From positions 116,970 to 180,969 of the forward strand of contig DATKWK010000017.1 in NCBI GenBank assembly GCA_035529595.1: a stretch of DNA of 64,000 nucleotides, in the 5' to 3' direction. The notes beneath the pieces are model-generated. The model saw nothing but the letters and a program-made list of their open reading frames with translations. It did not search any database and had not been told where the DNA came from. The DNA comes from Candidatus Bathyarchaeia archaeon. GTDB taxonomy: Bacteria > Patescibacteriota > Microgenomatia > PFEM01 > JAFGMK01. A program made the position numbers and the translations under genes. Positions 18,968-28,814 of the stretch are shown here, in pieces (positions within the stretch are counted from its first letter, which is position 1; every line of letters begins with the position of its first letter).

Positions 18968-19597
18968 ATGCCCAAAATTTCCTGTAAATATTTATTCTTG
19001 GCTGTCATTTTATTTTTACTTTGCATTAGCTTAGTCTGCAGATTGATTTCAATGAGATTAAGATTTTTAGGTTGTGGGCCAAGTCTAGTCGTTGCTCGAG
19101 TAATCGATCAGGAATTAAGCTGTCAGTCTTGTCCTACCAGTCCCAGATCCGGCAAGATCAATACTTTTAAGAAGCTGTACTCGATTAAGGGTTCGTTCGA
19201 CAGAATTTTCCGAATTACCAGCGCCAGTTATACTTTTGAAATGAATAAATTATATCTTATTTCGGCCTACCCGGTAAAAGAAGGCGAGGTGGTACCTCCA
19301 GAATACACGACTCCTTGGGAAGACGCGATTGTTGTTAGACTGAACGGATTTTTTGACCCGAGAATAGTCTATTATTACTTTTTAGCTTGGTTTGGTAAGT
19401 CTATATTAAATGTCGGGGCTTATTTTTTTGTTATATTTTTAATAATTTTTGATCATTTCCTTCCGGAATCAGTTTCGGGATTTTTGGCTCTTTTGAGTAT
19501 CCTAATTCTTGCCATTTTTATTTTGTATGCTCTTTATCAATTAATTAAGATTTTTTTTATTAAAATCAGGAAAAAACCTAATCCAGATTCTAAGTGA
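18968..19597 (+). CDS. Hypothetical membrane protein
   Basis: N-terminal and C-terminal hydrophobic helices; lies just beyond the tRNA. Confidence 0.6.
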   Translation: MPKISCKYLFLAVILFLLCISLVCRLISMRLRFLGCGPSLVVARVIDQELSCQSCPTSPRSGKINTFKKLYSIKGSFDRIFRITSASYTFEMNKLYLISAYPVKEGEVVPPEYTTPWEDAIVVRLNGFFDPRIVYYYFLAWFGKSILNVGAYFFVIFLIIFDHFLPESVSGFLALLSILILAIFILYALYQLIKIFFIKIRKKPNPDSK

Positions 19598-19681
19598 CAT
19601 GTTTTTGGGCGCGTTTCAAGCTGAGGTAAAGCAATTTTCACTCTTAAGAAAGAAATTTTAAAAAATTATCTTCGCTCATCA

Positions 19682-19717
19682 CACCTCCGAGGAGTCCGTT
19701 CGGACACTTCGCAGGAG
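19682..19717. repeat. REP-like palindromic element
   Basis: cacctccgaggagtcc-gttc-ggacacttcgcaggag, inside a wider AT-rich inverted repeat. Confidence 0.65.
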
Positions 19718-19808
19718 TAATTTCGCTTATTTTCTTTCTAAAGTCTGAACAGATACGAGGTAAAAGGTGTCGTTGACAGGCGAGTGGAAATATTTTAAAG
19801 TTTGAACA

Positions 19809-21377
19809 ATGAGGAAATTTCTTAAATTTTTGCTTCTTGGTATCTTATTTTTTCCCGCTCAAGTTTTGGCTGATGGGATGATTATTTCGCCGTCGGCTTA
19901 CCGGGTGTTTGAAACCGGGCAAAAAGCCGTGGTCTGGTTTGCCAATAATGAAGAGATTTTAATTCTTTCGACTAATTTTGAAGGTGATGCGGCTGATTTC
20001 GGTTGGATCATTCCTGTTCCAGCCCGGCCGGAGGTAGAAAAGGGCAGTGATGAGATTTTTACTGCCTTGGTTGAACTCACCGAACCGGAATATAAAATTC
20101 AGCCGCAGCTCTTAGAAAAAGGTTTCGGTACTCTAGAGTCACCGGGAGCGGAAAAAGTTACCGTGGTTGAAACTAAAAAAGTAGATATTTATGATGTGAG
20201 CGTCGTGACTTCCAGCGAAAGTGAAGCCTTAGCCGAATGGTTTGCTGAAAATAACTACCCTTATCCGGTTTCCCAAGCCTATATTCTAAATGAATATATT
20301 AATAATAAATGGTTTTTTGTGGCGGCCAAAATTAATACCGAGAATCTGGGAGCGAACGTTCAGGGACAATTACACACCGGTCACGCTACACCACTGTTGA
20401 TAAAATTTGAAACCAAAAAAATTGTTTATCCGCTGAAAATTTCTTCAGTAACTGGTGATTTTTACCAGACCGATATTGTTTATCAGGAAGGCTTTAATGA
20501 TTCAGTCAACAACTGGGAAACTTATGGCGGGACGTTTGAATTCGATAGGACAGATGCTTATGAGGGACAAACTTCTTTGCAGATTGTTACTAATCAGGAA
20601 GAAACACCGGTTGAGAGCGGATATCTTTTAGGCGGTCTAGAGAAAGACAAAAACTATGTTTTTTCTGCATATCTTAAGGCAGGAAAAAAAAGCTCTGGTG
20701 CGGTATATCTTAGTGTTAGTCAAAATGGCTTAGACGAAAAATCCGCCTCGTTTGTCTTAGGTGATAACTGGAAAAGGTTAATTATGGCCTTTACTGCTCA
20801 GGCTAAATCCCATCGTTTGAAGATCATTGGTAAAGATTTTATTAAGGGAGAAACTTTTAATATCGATGCCATCCAAGTAGAGGTGGGGACCAAAGCGACT
20901 CCCTTTGAGGATATAAAGCAGGGAAAAATACAGCCGCCCTTTTTTGTCTTAGAAGAAGAGGAGATTCCAGTGAGGAGGATGCTTCCTTCATTATCCTATC
21001 CTTATCCGTCAAACGAGATGATAGAAGTACTTTTATATGTTTTTGATTTCAAAAAGAAAGTCGAAATCCCCGGTTTTACCGCGGAATACGCTGGTTGGGT
21101 TCAGCCGAAACAGATCGAGGATTTGGCCTTAGACACAGTCGGTGATCCTTTGTTGTCCGCAAAAAGAAAAATGTATCTGACTAAACTAAGACGGGTGATG
21201 AGACAGGATGAAATGACCAGTGATCTTTACCCTCGTTACGCGGATCGTAACCAAGCTATCGGTCAAGGTAGCTCGATCTCAATTGATCCATTTATGGTAG
21301 TCTTTGTTTTTGCTATTCCGCTTCTTTTGGAAATCATTTTTGCGGTTTGGTTATTTGGGCGGAGGAAGGAACCCTAG
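19809..21377 (+). CDS. DUF2330-like secreted protein with inserted carbohydrate-binding-module-like domain and C-terminal TM
   Basis: Signal peptide ..LA|DG, QKAVV, DFGWIIPVP, YPLKISS; AYEGQTSL..YVFSAY..WKR..IDAIQVE CBM-like insert. Confidence 0.75.
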   Translation: MRKFLKFLLLGILFFPAQVLADGMIISPSAYRVFETGQKAVVWFANNEEILILSTNFEGDAADFGWIIPVPARPEVEKGSDEIFTALVELTEPEYKIQPQLLEKGFGTLESPGAEKVTVVETKKVDIYDVSVVTSSESEALAEWFAENNYPYPVSQAYILNEYINNKWFFVAAKINTENLGANVQGQLHTGHATPLLIKFETKKIVYPLKISSVTGDFYQTDIVYQEGFNDSVNNWETYGGTFEFDRTDAYEGQTSLQIVTNQEETPVESGYLLGGLEKDKNYVFSAYLKAGKKSSGAVYLSVSQNGLDEKSASFVLGDNWKRLIMAFTAQAKSHRLKIIGKDFIKGETFNIDAIQVEVGTKATPFEDIKQGKIQPPFFVLEEEEIPVRRMLPSLSYPYPSNEMIEVLLYVFDFKKKVEIPGFTAEYAGWVQPKQIEDLALDTVGDPLLSAKRKMYLTKLRRVMRQDEMTSDLYPRYADRNQAIGQGSSISIDPFMVVFVFAIPLLLEIIFAVWLFGRRKEP

Positions 21378-21378
21378 T

Positions 21379-22002
21379 ATGGCCACCTTAATACCCACTC
21401 CTGTCTCGATTATTATTCAGTTACTTATTATTCTCCTTTTTTTTATTTTTTTAGGATCAGTCGTTCTTGGATTGGGACGGGTTTGTGCCAAAAGAGCGGA
21501 GAATAAGACTCAAAAAAAACCCCAAAAGTGGTTTTTTTTGGTTGTCAGTTTTTTCTTCAGTACGATTCTTTACCTGGCTATTGCTGATCTGGCGCGGATT
21601 ATCTTTCGGTATCAACTGGCCGTTAATGATTGGTCTTTTTACCCGTATGATCAATTAATTAAAAAGATTTCGGCGCGGATGGTAGTGATTTTACTTGATT
21701 TCCCCGTTTTTGCCTGGGTTTGGTATCAGGCTACCGTCAAGACTGCTGATAAGACTCAAGAAAAAAGTGAGCTTATGGCTCGCAGTTGTTTCTTGCGGCT
21801 TGAGCTGTTTGTTTTCGGATCGGTTCTCTTTATTTTACTGGGAACTTGCCTTTATAATTTTTTCAACTGGATTTTAGGAGTTGGTGAAATCAATTGGACA
21901 AGTTTCAGTGGCCCCTTCAGTTATGCCATTGTGACTCTGTCATATTCTGTTTTTAAATTAACCGCTTATTTTTCTGCCGGCAAGAGATTGAAACTCCTTT
22001 AG
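21379..22002 (+). CDS. Hypothetical multi-pass membrane protein
   Basis: ATG 21379 directly after the upstream stop; about 5 TM helices. Confidence 0.65.
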   Translation: MATLIPTPVSIIIQLLIILLFFIFLGSVVLGLGRVCAKRAENKTQKKPQKWFFLVVSFFFSTILYLAIADLARIIFRYQLAVNDWSFYPYDQLIKKISARMVVILLDFPVFAWVWYQATVKTADKTQEKSELMARSCFLRLELFVFGSVLFILLGTCLYNFFNWILGVGEINWTSFSGPFSYAIVTLSYSVFKLTAYFSAGKRLKLL

Positions 22003-22061
22003 AGATCGAAACTTGATTGTCAGTTTGTCATTTTTTTTAAGTTATGGTATCATAGTCAACA

Positions 22062-22961
22062 ATGAAGAAGGGATTGATTTTAGCTGGTGTTACCCTGATT
22101 ATTATTGGTGTAGTCGGTTACTTGGTATTTGCTAAAGTTTTCGTTAAACCCGGTAAGGCGGCTCTCCAAATTGCTTCTACTCCCGATACAAAAGTCTTTT
22201 TAAATGATGAGGAATCGGGGATAACTCCTTATTTCAACGATAAGCTTGAGGCGAGTGAATATACGGTTAAGTTAGTTCCTCAGAACGGAGAAGATCTGAT
22301 TAACTGGGAAGGAAAAGTGAGTCTGGTTCCAAATATCGTCACCTCAATTACCTATCAATTGGGAACCAGTGAAGACTTGTCTTCGGGTGAGATTCTATCT
22401 TTGGAAAAGATTACTGATTCTAAGGCCTCTGCTTTGGCAGTCGTCTCTCAGCCCGATGAAGCGTTGGTTAAAATCAATGGGGAGTCAAAGGGATTTGCGC
22501 CCGTTCTGGTTGACGGTTTACCGTCGGGTGAGTATCAAATTACGATTTCTGCGCCTGGTTTTGTAGAAAAGACGATTTCGGCTCAGACGGTCTCCGGATA
22601 TAAATTGACGCTTTCTATCAAACTGGCTCGCGAAGAATTAGGTGATGTTGCCGAGGCAACCGAAAGCGCTGAAGAAGAAACAGAGGAGGAAAAAGAAACC
22701 GAAAATACGGAAGAGGAAGAGACAGAAGTGTCGCCGACGCCGATTTCTTTGGAAAAGCCATATGTAAAAATCCGCTCCACACCGACTGGTTGGTTAAGGG
22801 TCAGAATGGGGCCAAATACTTCGGCGACCGAAGCAGCCAAAGTTAATCCCGGTGAGGCCTTCCCTTATCTCGACGAGGAAGAAAACGGCTGGTATAAGAT
22901 TGAATACGAGAAGGGTGAGGAAGGTTGGGTATCAGGAGTTTATGCTGAGTTAGTAAAGTAG
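22062..22961 (+). CDS. PEGA-domain protein with C-terminal SH3-like domain
   Basis: Two PEGA repeats, acidic linker, TPTGWLRVR..GWYKIEY..EGWVSG. Confidence 0.88.
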   Translation: MKKGLILAGVTLIIIGVVGYLVFAKVFVKPGKAALQIASTPDTKVFLNDEESGITPYFNDKLEASEYTVKLVPQNGEDLINWEGKVSLVPNIVTSITYQLGTSEDLSSGEILSLEKITDSKASALAVVSQPDEALVKINGESKGFAPVLVDGLPSGEYQITISAPGFVEKTISAQTVSGYKLTLSIKLAREELGDVAEATESAEEETEEEKETENTEEEETEVSPTPISLEKPYVKIRSTPTGWLRVRMGPNTSATEAAKVNPGEAFPYLDEEENGWYKIEYEKGEEGWVSGVYAELVK

Positions 22962-22986
22962 TTGTGCTTTCTGATAAGACTTCTTC

Positions 22987-23838
22987 TTAATCTTTAAACT
23001 GGATTGACAATAGCATTTGTTTAGCGACTTCATGTTGTGATGGTGTGTATATCATCCCGCTTAATTGTAGCTTGGGAACTATTTCATTTTCGATAGCTTC
23101 ACCTTTTTTTACTTGATCAAAGTAGACGCCAATAATATCTGGGTATACCTGCGGCTCGATCAACTTAGCCTGTCTTTTACCAATTGTCGGGTATGATACG
23201 TTATGAGAGTCTTCATAGCCTTTTAACGAATTAGAATAACTGCCGTAATCGTAAGATAACGAAAAATCCGGACATATTATTTCGCCAACCGAAGAATCGA
23301 TTCCTTGTATTGGCCGGTGGTAACAAAATGCCGGTGACAACATAGAGAAACTTCTTTCTATAGAAATATCTGTTCTTTGCCAAGACTCCAGTGGCTCATA
23401 GCTATACAGTTCAAGCGGTACAGGTGTAGATGTTGTTGTTGGTAACGTGACATGATCGAGGGGTAATGACGGAATTAAGCAGGCTCTGTTTTCACAGCCA
23501 TTTTCGCAAAGTATTATTGTTCTATTCACCCAAATTTCGCCATTGGTATTGGTATGGCATTGTCCTTCCCAAACTGCAGTATTATCTTGGATGCACTCAT
23601 CATTAACAATAATTTGTCTGCCCTCTAATCCGTAATATGTAACCGATCCGGGGAGATATTGTTCATGCTTAAAATTGTAAATATCGTTATCGATGCAAAT
23701 ATCTTGCTTATAAAGTAGAATATCAAAGTTTAACTTCTTGATTTTAGTCTGTTGCCATAAGCAGGTTGCGCTTATTGCCATAATTAGGCTAATTAAAACG
23801 CCGGATAAAATAACTAATTGCCTAACCTTTGGTTTCAC
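22987..23838 (-). CDS. Hypothetical exported Cys-containing protein
   Basis: N-terminal TM; CENGCENRAC motif. Confidence 0.6.
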   Translation of the reverse strand: MKPKVRQLVILSGVLISLIMAISATCLWQQTKIKKLNFDILLYKQDICIDNDIYNFKHEQYLPGSVTYYGLEGRQIIVNDECIQDNTAVWEGQCHTNTNGEIWVNRTIILCENGCENRACLIPSLPLDHVTLPTTTSTPVPLELYSYEPLESWQRTDISIERSFSMLSPAFCYHRPIQGIDSSVGEIICPDFSLSYDYGSYSNSLKGYEDSHNVSYPTIGKRQAKLIEPQVYPDIIGVYFDQVKKGEAIENEIVPKLQLSGMIYTPSQHEVAKQMLLSIQFKD

Positions 23839-23894
23839 TTTTAGATTAATTCTAAAATTTTTTGAGTAACGTCACTACTGATGATAGTAGTTGT

Positions 23895-24815
23895 TTAATT
23901 AATCTTTTTCAAGATTAGTAACTTTTTTAAGACTCTGGGGATTTCGTCGCATAGGTCTGAGGTGTTGAAATAAATTCCTACTTTCTTTTTCAAAGAGTCG
24001 CCGGCTAGGCCATTAATATACGCACCAGCGCAGGCAGCCAAGAAAAGATCGTTTTCGCAGGCAAGTGATGCCACCAGTCCAGCTAAAACATCACCAGTCC
24101 CTCCTTTAGTCATTCCTTCATTACCGGTGATATTGTATTTCCACTCGGTAGGCGAGGTAATGATATCGATTGGGCCTTTAAGTAAAATGACGCAGCCGTA
24201 TTGCTTTGAATATTTTTGGACCAGCTTGGCTCTTCTTTTATTTTTTTGATAATTGAAACTGGCGCTTTTGTGGTTATTCTGAGTTGATTTTAGAATTTCT
24301 ATCTCCTCTTTGGCAGGATTGAAAAGATTGACAAACTCACCCAAATGAGGAGTAATAACTTGCTTTTGATTCAAAGCCCTTTTATTAATAGTCTGAAGGC
24401 TGCAAGCGTCAATTATCCAGCACTGGTTAGGATGTTGAGCTAGAAGTTGCTCGGTTAAGTTCTTGGTAGTGGCGTTTTTTTCAAGACCCGGTCCGATAAG
24501 AACAGCTTCTGACTTCTTAAGATAAGCATGAACCTGATTTTTAGGAACGGCAATAAAGTCAAAGAGTAACGCTTTGTGGGCAATCTTTAAATTTTCAGGA
24601 ATTGAGCAGTAATAGACAAGATCAACGATTCGCGAAGCTATTTTAACTGCCCAAAGCGAGGCGCCATGGAAAAGACGAGAGCCGCCAATAATCAGTAATT
24701 TTCCGTTTTCTCCCTTATACGACTGTTTAGCTGGTTTATAGAGAGCTTTTATATCGCCAACATCGACGCGCTGAGCGAGTTCTTCTGAAATATATTTGCT
24801 TTTATCCCAATCCAT
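23895..24815 (-). CDS. nnrD: ADP-dependent NAD(P)H-hydrate dehydratase
   Basis: KGENGKLLIIGGS, IGPGL, ITPHLGEF, LLKG, GGTGDVLAG. Confidence 0.9.
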   Translation of the reverse strand: MDWDKSKYISEELAQRVDVGDIKALYKPAKQSYKGENGKLLIIGGSRLFHGASLWAVKIASRIVDLVYYCSIPENLKIAHKALLFDFIAVPKNQVHAYLKKSEAVLIGPGLEKNATTKNLTEQLLAQHPNQCWIIDACSLQTINKRALNQKQVITPHLGEFVNLFNPAKEEIEILKSTQNNHKSASFNYQKNKRRAKLVQKYSKQYGCVILLKGPIDIITSPTEWKYNITGNEGMTKGGTGDVLAGLVASLACENDLFLAACAGAYINGLAGDSLKKKVGIYFNTSDLCDEIPRVLKKLLILKKIN

Positions 24816-25746
24816 AAATAATGAAAATCAGCAAGAATCCCCAAATCAAGACGCTAGTCAGAAGCGGTTTATCAGAAAGAAGAACTCTTTCCGGCGCCTC
24901 GGCTTTGCCTCCTTCATAAATGATTTTTGTGTAGCGCATGATTCCAAAAATAACAATCGGAATTGTGATCATCAACCACTTATTGGTTCCTGCCAGAGTC
25001 AGAGGTATTTTGGCAAAAATACCGGCTAGGGAAGGAAATTTATAAGTAATTAAAGGTGGAGGTTCAAAAAAGGTAAAGAGAGCATAAGATATCCAAGTTG
25101 AGGTAGAAAACATAGCCAAATAGTTATCTAGAATTTCTTCGCAGTAGTGAGTCAAAGTTTCGCGGTGCTTGCGGGCAATTGTCTTACTTAGGACAGTTAA
25201 CTCGGCACGCCGTTTGCCAACGGCTAAAAAAAGAGATAAGGAAATTACGCAAAGGAGAAACCAAACTGACATGTGAACGCCCAACGCAAAGGCACCGGCA
25301 TAGACTCGTAACACAAAACCACTGGCAATAGTGATTACATCAATAATAACGACCTTTTTAAGATAAAAGGTATAAAAAAACTGGGTAATCAAGTAAATTA
25401 GACAGGTGGAAAAAAAGAAAAAATTATTAAGGAGGGCTAAATATAAAGCGATAAAGGCGATTAGGATGGCGGAAAAAAGGGCGGCCGGGACACTTAGTTG
25501 GCCAGCCGCAATCGGCCGTTTGCTTTTATAAGGATGAATTTGGTCTGAAGGCAGGTCGATAACATCGTTAAAGATATAAACAGCAGCGGTAAGAAGAGAA
25601 AAAGCGATTAGGCAATAAATGATGGTGATAATTTCGGGTAAGAGAAACAGGTTACCTGAAAAAATTAAAGGAGCCAAGAGAGCAAGGTTTTTTAATGATT
25701 GTCTAGGCCTTGCCGACTTGACCAGGTTAATAAGAAACGAAGCCAT
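24802..25746 (-). CDS. UbiA family polyprenyl-phosphate phosphoribosyltransferase
   Basis: RPRQSLKN, YIFNDVID..D..HPYK..RPIAAG, GKRRAE. Confidence 0.9.
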   Translation of the reverse strand: MASFLINLVKSARPRQSLKNLALLAPLIFSGNLFLLPEIITIIYCLIAFSLLTAAVYIFNDVIDLPSDQIHPYKSKRPIAAGQLSVPAALFSAILIAFIALYLALLNNFFFFSTCLIYLITQFFYTFYLKKVVIIDVITIASGFVLRVYAGAFALGVHMSVWFLLCVISLSLFLAVGKRRAELTVLSKTIARKHRETLTHYCEEILDNYLAMFSTSTWISYALFTFFEPPPLITYKFPSLAGIFAKIPLTLAGTNKWLMITIPIVIFGIMRYTKIIYEGGKAEAPERVLLSDKPLLTSVLIWGFLLIFIIYGLG

Positions 25747-26798
25747 AAAAGAATGCCTCCGATAATAATAACCAACATAATGATTGTATAAAATTTTTGC
25801 TGGCTATTCAAATATAGAGCGATTGTTCCCAATAGAGCCGTTGAGAGCCAATAAAAGTAGGCCGTTTTTCTTTTACTCCAGCCCAAGTCAAGAAGTCGGT
25901 GATGAAGATGGCCACGGTCAGCCCAGACTGGGGAGTGACCAGAGAGAATTCTTCGGATAATGGTATAGAATGCATCAATCATCGGGATACCGAGGACCAC
26001 GATCGCGGTACCTACTTTTGTAGTTGACAAAATCGCCAGCACCGCTAGCATGAAGCCGGCTAAGGTTCCTCCTCCATAACCGGGCATAATTTTTTGTGGA
26101 TAAAAGTTAAATGGTAAAAAACCTAAGTAGGCCCCGGCGGTAATCGAAGCTAAGATTGCTACTGGCCATTGAGTTATGTCAGCGGAAAAGCGAAAAGATA
26201 AAAGAGCAACTGTTAAAGCAGCGATGGTGACTACTCCCGGCAATTGCCCGTCAAATCCTTTGGCCCAATTGACAATATTGGTAAGCCAGACAATCCAGAT
26301 TAAAGCCAGAATGTCTGCCATAATCCAGATACTGCGTCTTTCTCCGAAGAGTGAAAAACTAATCTGCAGTTGATCAAGGCGGATTACATTAGATCTAAGC
26401 GGGTTATTGATAAAAGCGATACCTATTCCTGAAGCGACCACCATACCGGCGGCTAAAAAACAGGTAACTACCCGCAAGTAAGGATTTAGATCCAGTCGAT
26501 CATCCAGCAGGCCAACAAAAGTCAAAATTGTTGCCCCGCTGATAATTCCCGTAATATGTTTATCGAGAGGCAGGAGGACCACCGTGGTTAGAATAAGACT
26601 TAAATAAATCGGTAAACCTCCGGCGCGAGGTATGATTCCTTGGTGGGTATGGGCCGGATGTTTTCTTCTCTTTTTATCAGTAACTAAGTTGAATTTCCTG
26701 GCCAGATAAATTGCTGGTGGTGTAGCCAGAAAACTAATTAGGGCTGAAAAGAGAAGGGGCTTGAAAATCAGTTTTAAAAATAAGGACTCGCTAATCAT
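25692..26798 (-). CDS. WecA/TagO (MraY-like) polyprenyl-phosphate GlcNAc-1-P transferase
   Basis: PRAGG, GLLDD, NFYPQKI, DRGHLHHRL. Confidence 0.9.
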   Translation of the reverse strand: MISESLFLKLIFKPLLFSALISFLATPPAIYLARKFNLVTDKKRRKHPAHTHQGIIPRAGGLPIYLSLILTTVVLLPLDKHITGIISGATILTFVGLLDDRLDLNPYLRVVTCFLAAGMVVASGIGIAFINNPLRSNVIRLDQLQISFSLFGERRSIWIMADILALIWIVWLTNIVNWAKGFDGQLPGVVTIAALTVALLSFRFSADITQWPVAILASITAGAYLGFLPFNFYPQKIMPGYGGGTLAGFMLAVLAILSTTKVGTAIVVLGIPMIDAFYTIIRRILSGHSPVWADRGHLHHRLLDLGWSKRKTAYFYWLSTALLGTIALYLNSQQKFYTIIMLVIIIGGILLWLRFLLTWSSRQGLDNH

Positions 26799-26801
26799 TT
26801 T

Positions 26802-27188
26802 TTAGGTTATTAAGCTGGTTATTTTGTAGGCAGCGATAGAACAAAGAAGGGTAACTATCAATGCTGTTGCTGCCAGAACCCGCCTGATTAAAATATCTTT
26901 TTTGAGCGTAAAAATTGCCAGGAAAGTATTTAAGGTAAGGATTCCAAAAGAAAAAGCTGGTAAAAGCCAGAGTTCTAATGGAGAAGCAAGCTGTTTTTCT
27001 CCCCAGGGTCGACTGTAAAAAAGAGGTATTTGGGGGGGTAATCGATTCCAGCTATAAAAGATCAGTAGGGAGGTTAAAATGATCAAGCAAAGAGATGCCA
27101 GCGAAGAAAACCAGACAAAAGAATCATCTCTTAATAACGCTAGTTCCTTTTTATTAATGGGGATTTTTAAGAGCCTTCTCTGATTCAT
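26802..27188 (-). CDS. Hypothetical membrane protein (DUF1648-like)
   Basis: LPPQIPLFYSRPWGEKQL; 3 TM. Confidence 0.7.
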   Translation of the reverse strand: MNQRRLLKIPINKKELALLRDDSFVWFSSLASLCLIILTSLLIFYSWNRLPPQIPLFYSRPWGEKQLASPLELWLLPAFSFGILTLNTFLAIFTLKKDILIRRVLAATALIVTLLCSIAAYKITSLIT

Positions 27189-27218
27189 TTGAGGCTTATT
27201 ATAACATTCCTCTTTCAG

Positions 27219-28715
27219 TTATCTTTGTGAATCCCGATGATAAATTTCAATCTCTCCGAAAGTTTCAATTAAGGAGTAGTTTTGGTGAAGGAAATAAAAA
27301 AGTTTGCCTAAGGATTCTTTTTCGTTTTTAAAAACAACAAAAAGACGAGGTGGTTTGAGAGAAAGAGCGGCAAGTGTCTTTATGAAATCCTTATCAAAAT
27401 CTTTAATGTGGTAGGCGGCAGCATAGCGGCCGACAGGCAATCTTTCCGCTAAAGGGTAAAGGCAAGTCTGGTCTCCCCAGACGAAAATCTTCTCGTTTGG
27501 AGCAGAATGAGTCTTGATGAAGTTAGCAGTTTGGTAAAGGCTTAAGATCTGGTTACTCCAGAATGTAGAATACTCTTCATGGCTTTTTATGCCTATCAGA
27601 TACTGATAGAAATTTTGGTAATAGGGCCAGACTGGGTAACGGTAATAATCGAAGTGGGTGAAAATTAAACTCAAGATTAGGACAAAAATGATTGGAATTA
27701 GTTTGAGTGCTCTATATGAAGAAAAAAGTAAGCCTAGCGAAAGACAAAATGCCGGCAGAGCTTGATATAAGTAGTGGGGGTAAGGACGAGAAGAAAGCAG
27801 GGCGGCAAAAATATTAAGAAAAAACCAACCAATGATCAGGTTAAATGTTGTCGAAGAGGGTTTTTTTCTTCTTAAAACAAACAGGGAAATGACAACTGAG
27901 AGTACGAGTAGCGCCCTTAGGGGCAGAGAGAAAGGTAGCGGAGAAGTTTTAATCACGCTCGGCGTCCAGGAAGAAAGATAGGGAATATTTTGGGCAAAAG
28001 CGGCATTAAAATAATCGCTCCCGGCGCCTTTAAGGCTGTAATATATTATACTTGAGGCAATTGGTGCCAAAAAACCAAAAACCAAAGACCAAAACTCTGG
28101 CTTGGTAAAAGAGATAATGATTTTTCTAAAGCTTTCTTTTTGAAGTACAAAGAAAACGATTATCGCTGTGACAAAGTCAAAGACTGCCGGTACTTTAAAA
28201 AGAGTTGAGAGGGAAAAAAGGCAGCCGGCAAAGAAAAAACCCGATTTTAAATTTTTTTTACGCAGCAGTATTAAAAAACCGGCAATCGAGGTATAAATCA
28301 GGAAATTTTCGGCGTTGGCAATTGTTCCTTCGAATAAGGGAATTGGTGCCAAGATCGAAAAAGCCAAAATAGAGATTCTGACCGATCTTTTTTCTTTAGG
28401 AAAAAGTTTTTGGGCTAAGTTGTGAAAAAAGAAAAAACCTACCCCTGTCCAAAGAAAGTAAAGCAGTCGGTAAGTCTTGAAATTACCGGCGATTGCCGCT
28501 ATTAGATAAAGAAGCGGTGGTTTGTTGTCATGAATATCGCGGTAAAAAACTAAACCTTTCCGAAGGGCTTGCCCTAGGGTTAGATAGACACCTTCGTCGC
28601 CATAAACAAGGGGTTCAAATAGCGAGGGGAGACGCAAGAGCAGAAAAATAATAAAACTGAGATAAAGATAGTTTTCTTTTTGAGAGAGGATAGCTTTAAA
28701 TTTCGCGCTTTTCAT
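27219..28715 (-). CDS. GT-C (GT39/ArnT-like) glycosyltransferase
   Basis: GDEG..YRDIHDNKPP; many TM helices. Confidence 0.8.
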   Translation of the reverse strand: MKSAKFKAILSQKENYLYLSFIIFLLLRLPSLFEPLVYGDEGVYLTLGQALRKGLVFYRDIHDNKPPLLYLIAAIAGNFKTYRLLYFLWTGVGFFFFHNLAQKLFPKEKRSVRISILAFSILAPIPLFEGTIANAENFLIYTSIAGFLILLRKKNLKSGFFFAGCLFSLSTLFKVPAVFDFVTAIIVFFVLQKESFRKIIISFTKPEFWSLVFGFLAPIASSIIYYSLKGAGSDYFNAAFAQNIPYLSSWTPSVIKTSPLPFSLPLRALLVLSVVISLFVLRRKKPSSTTFNLIIGWFFLNIFAALLSSRPYPHYLYQALPAFCLSLGLLFSSYRALKLIPIIFVLILSLIFTHFDYYRYPVWPYYQNFYQYLIGIKSHEEYSTFWSNQILSLYQTANFIKTHSAPNEKIFVWGDQTCLYPLAERLPVGRYAAAYHIKDFDKDFIKTLAALSLKPPRLFVVFKNEKESLGKLFYFLHQNYSLIETFGEIEIYHRDSQR

Positions 28716-28814
28716 TTATAGGGAACGAAACTAGTAAGTCTTTAATAATCTTAAACATATTAACTCAGTTTAGCAGATACGGACAAATTTACTCAAGAGG
28801 GCAATATCTTTTAA

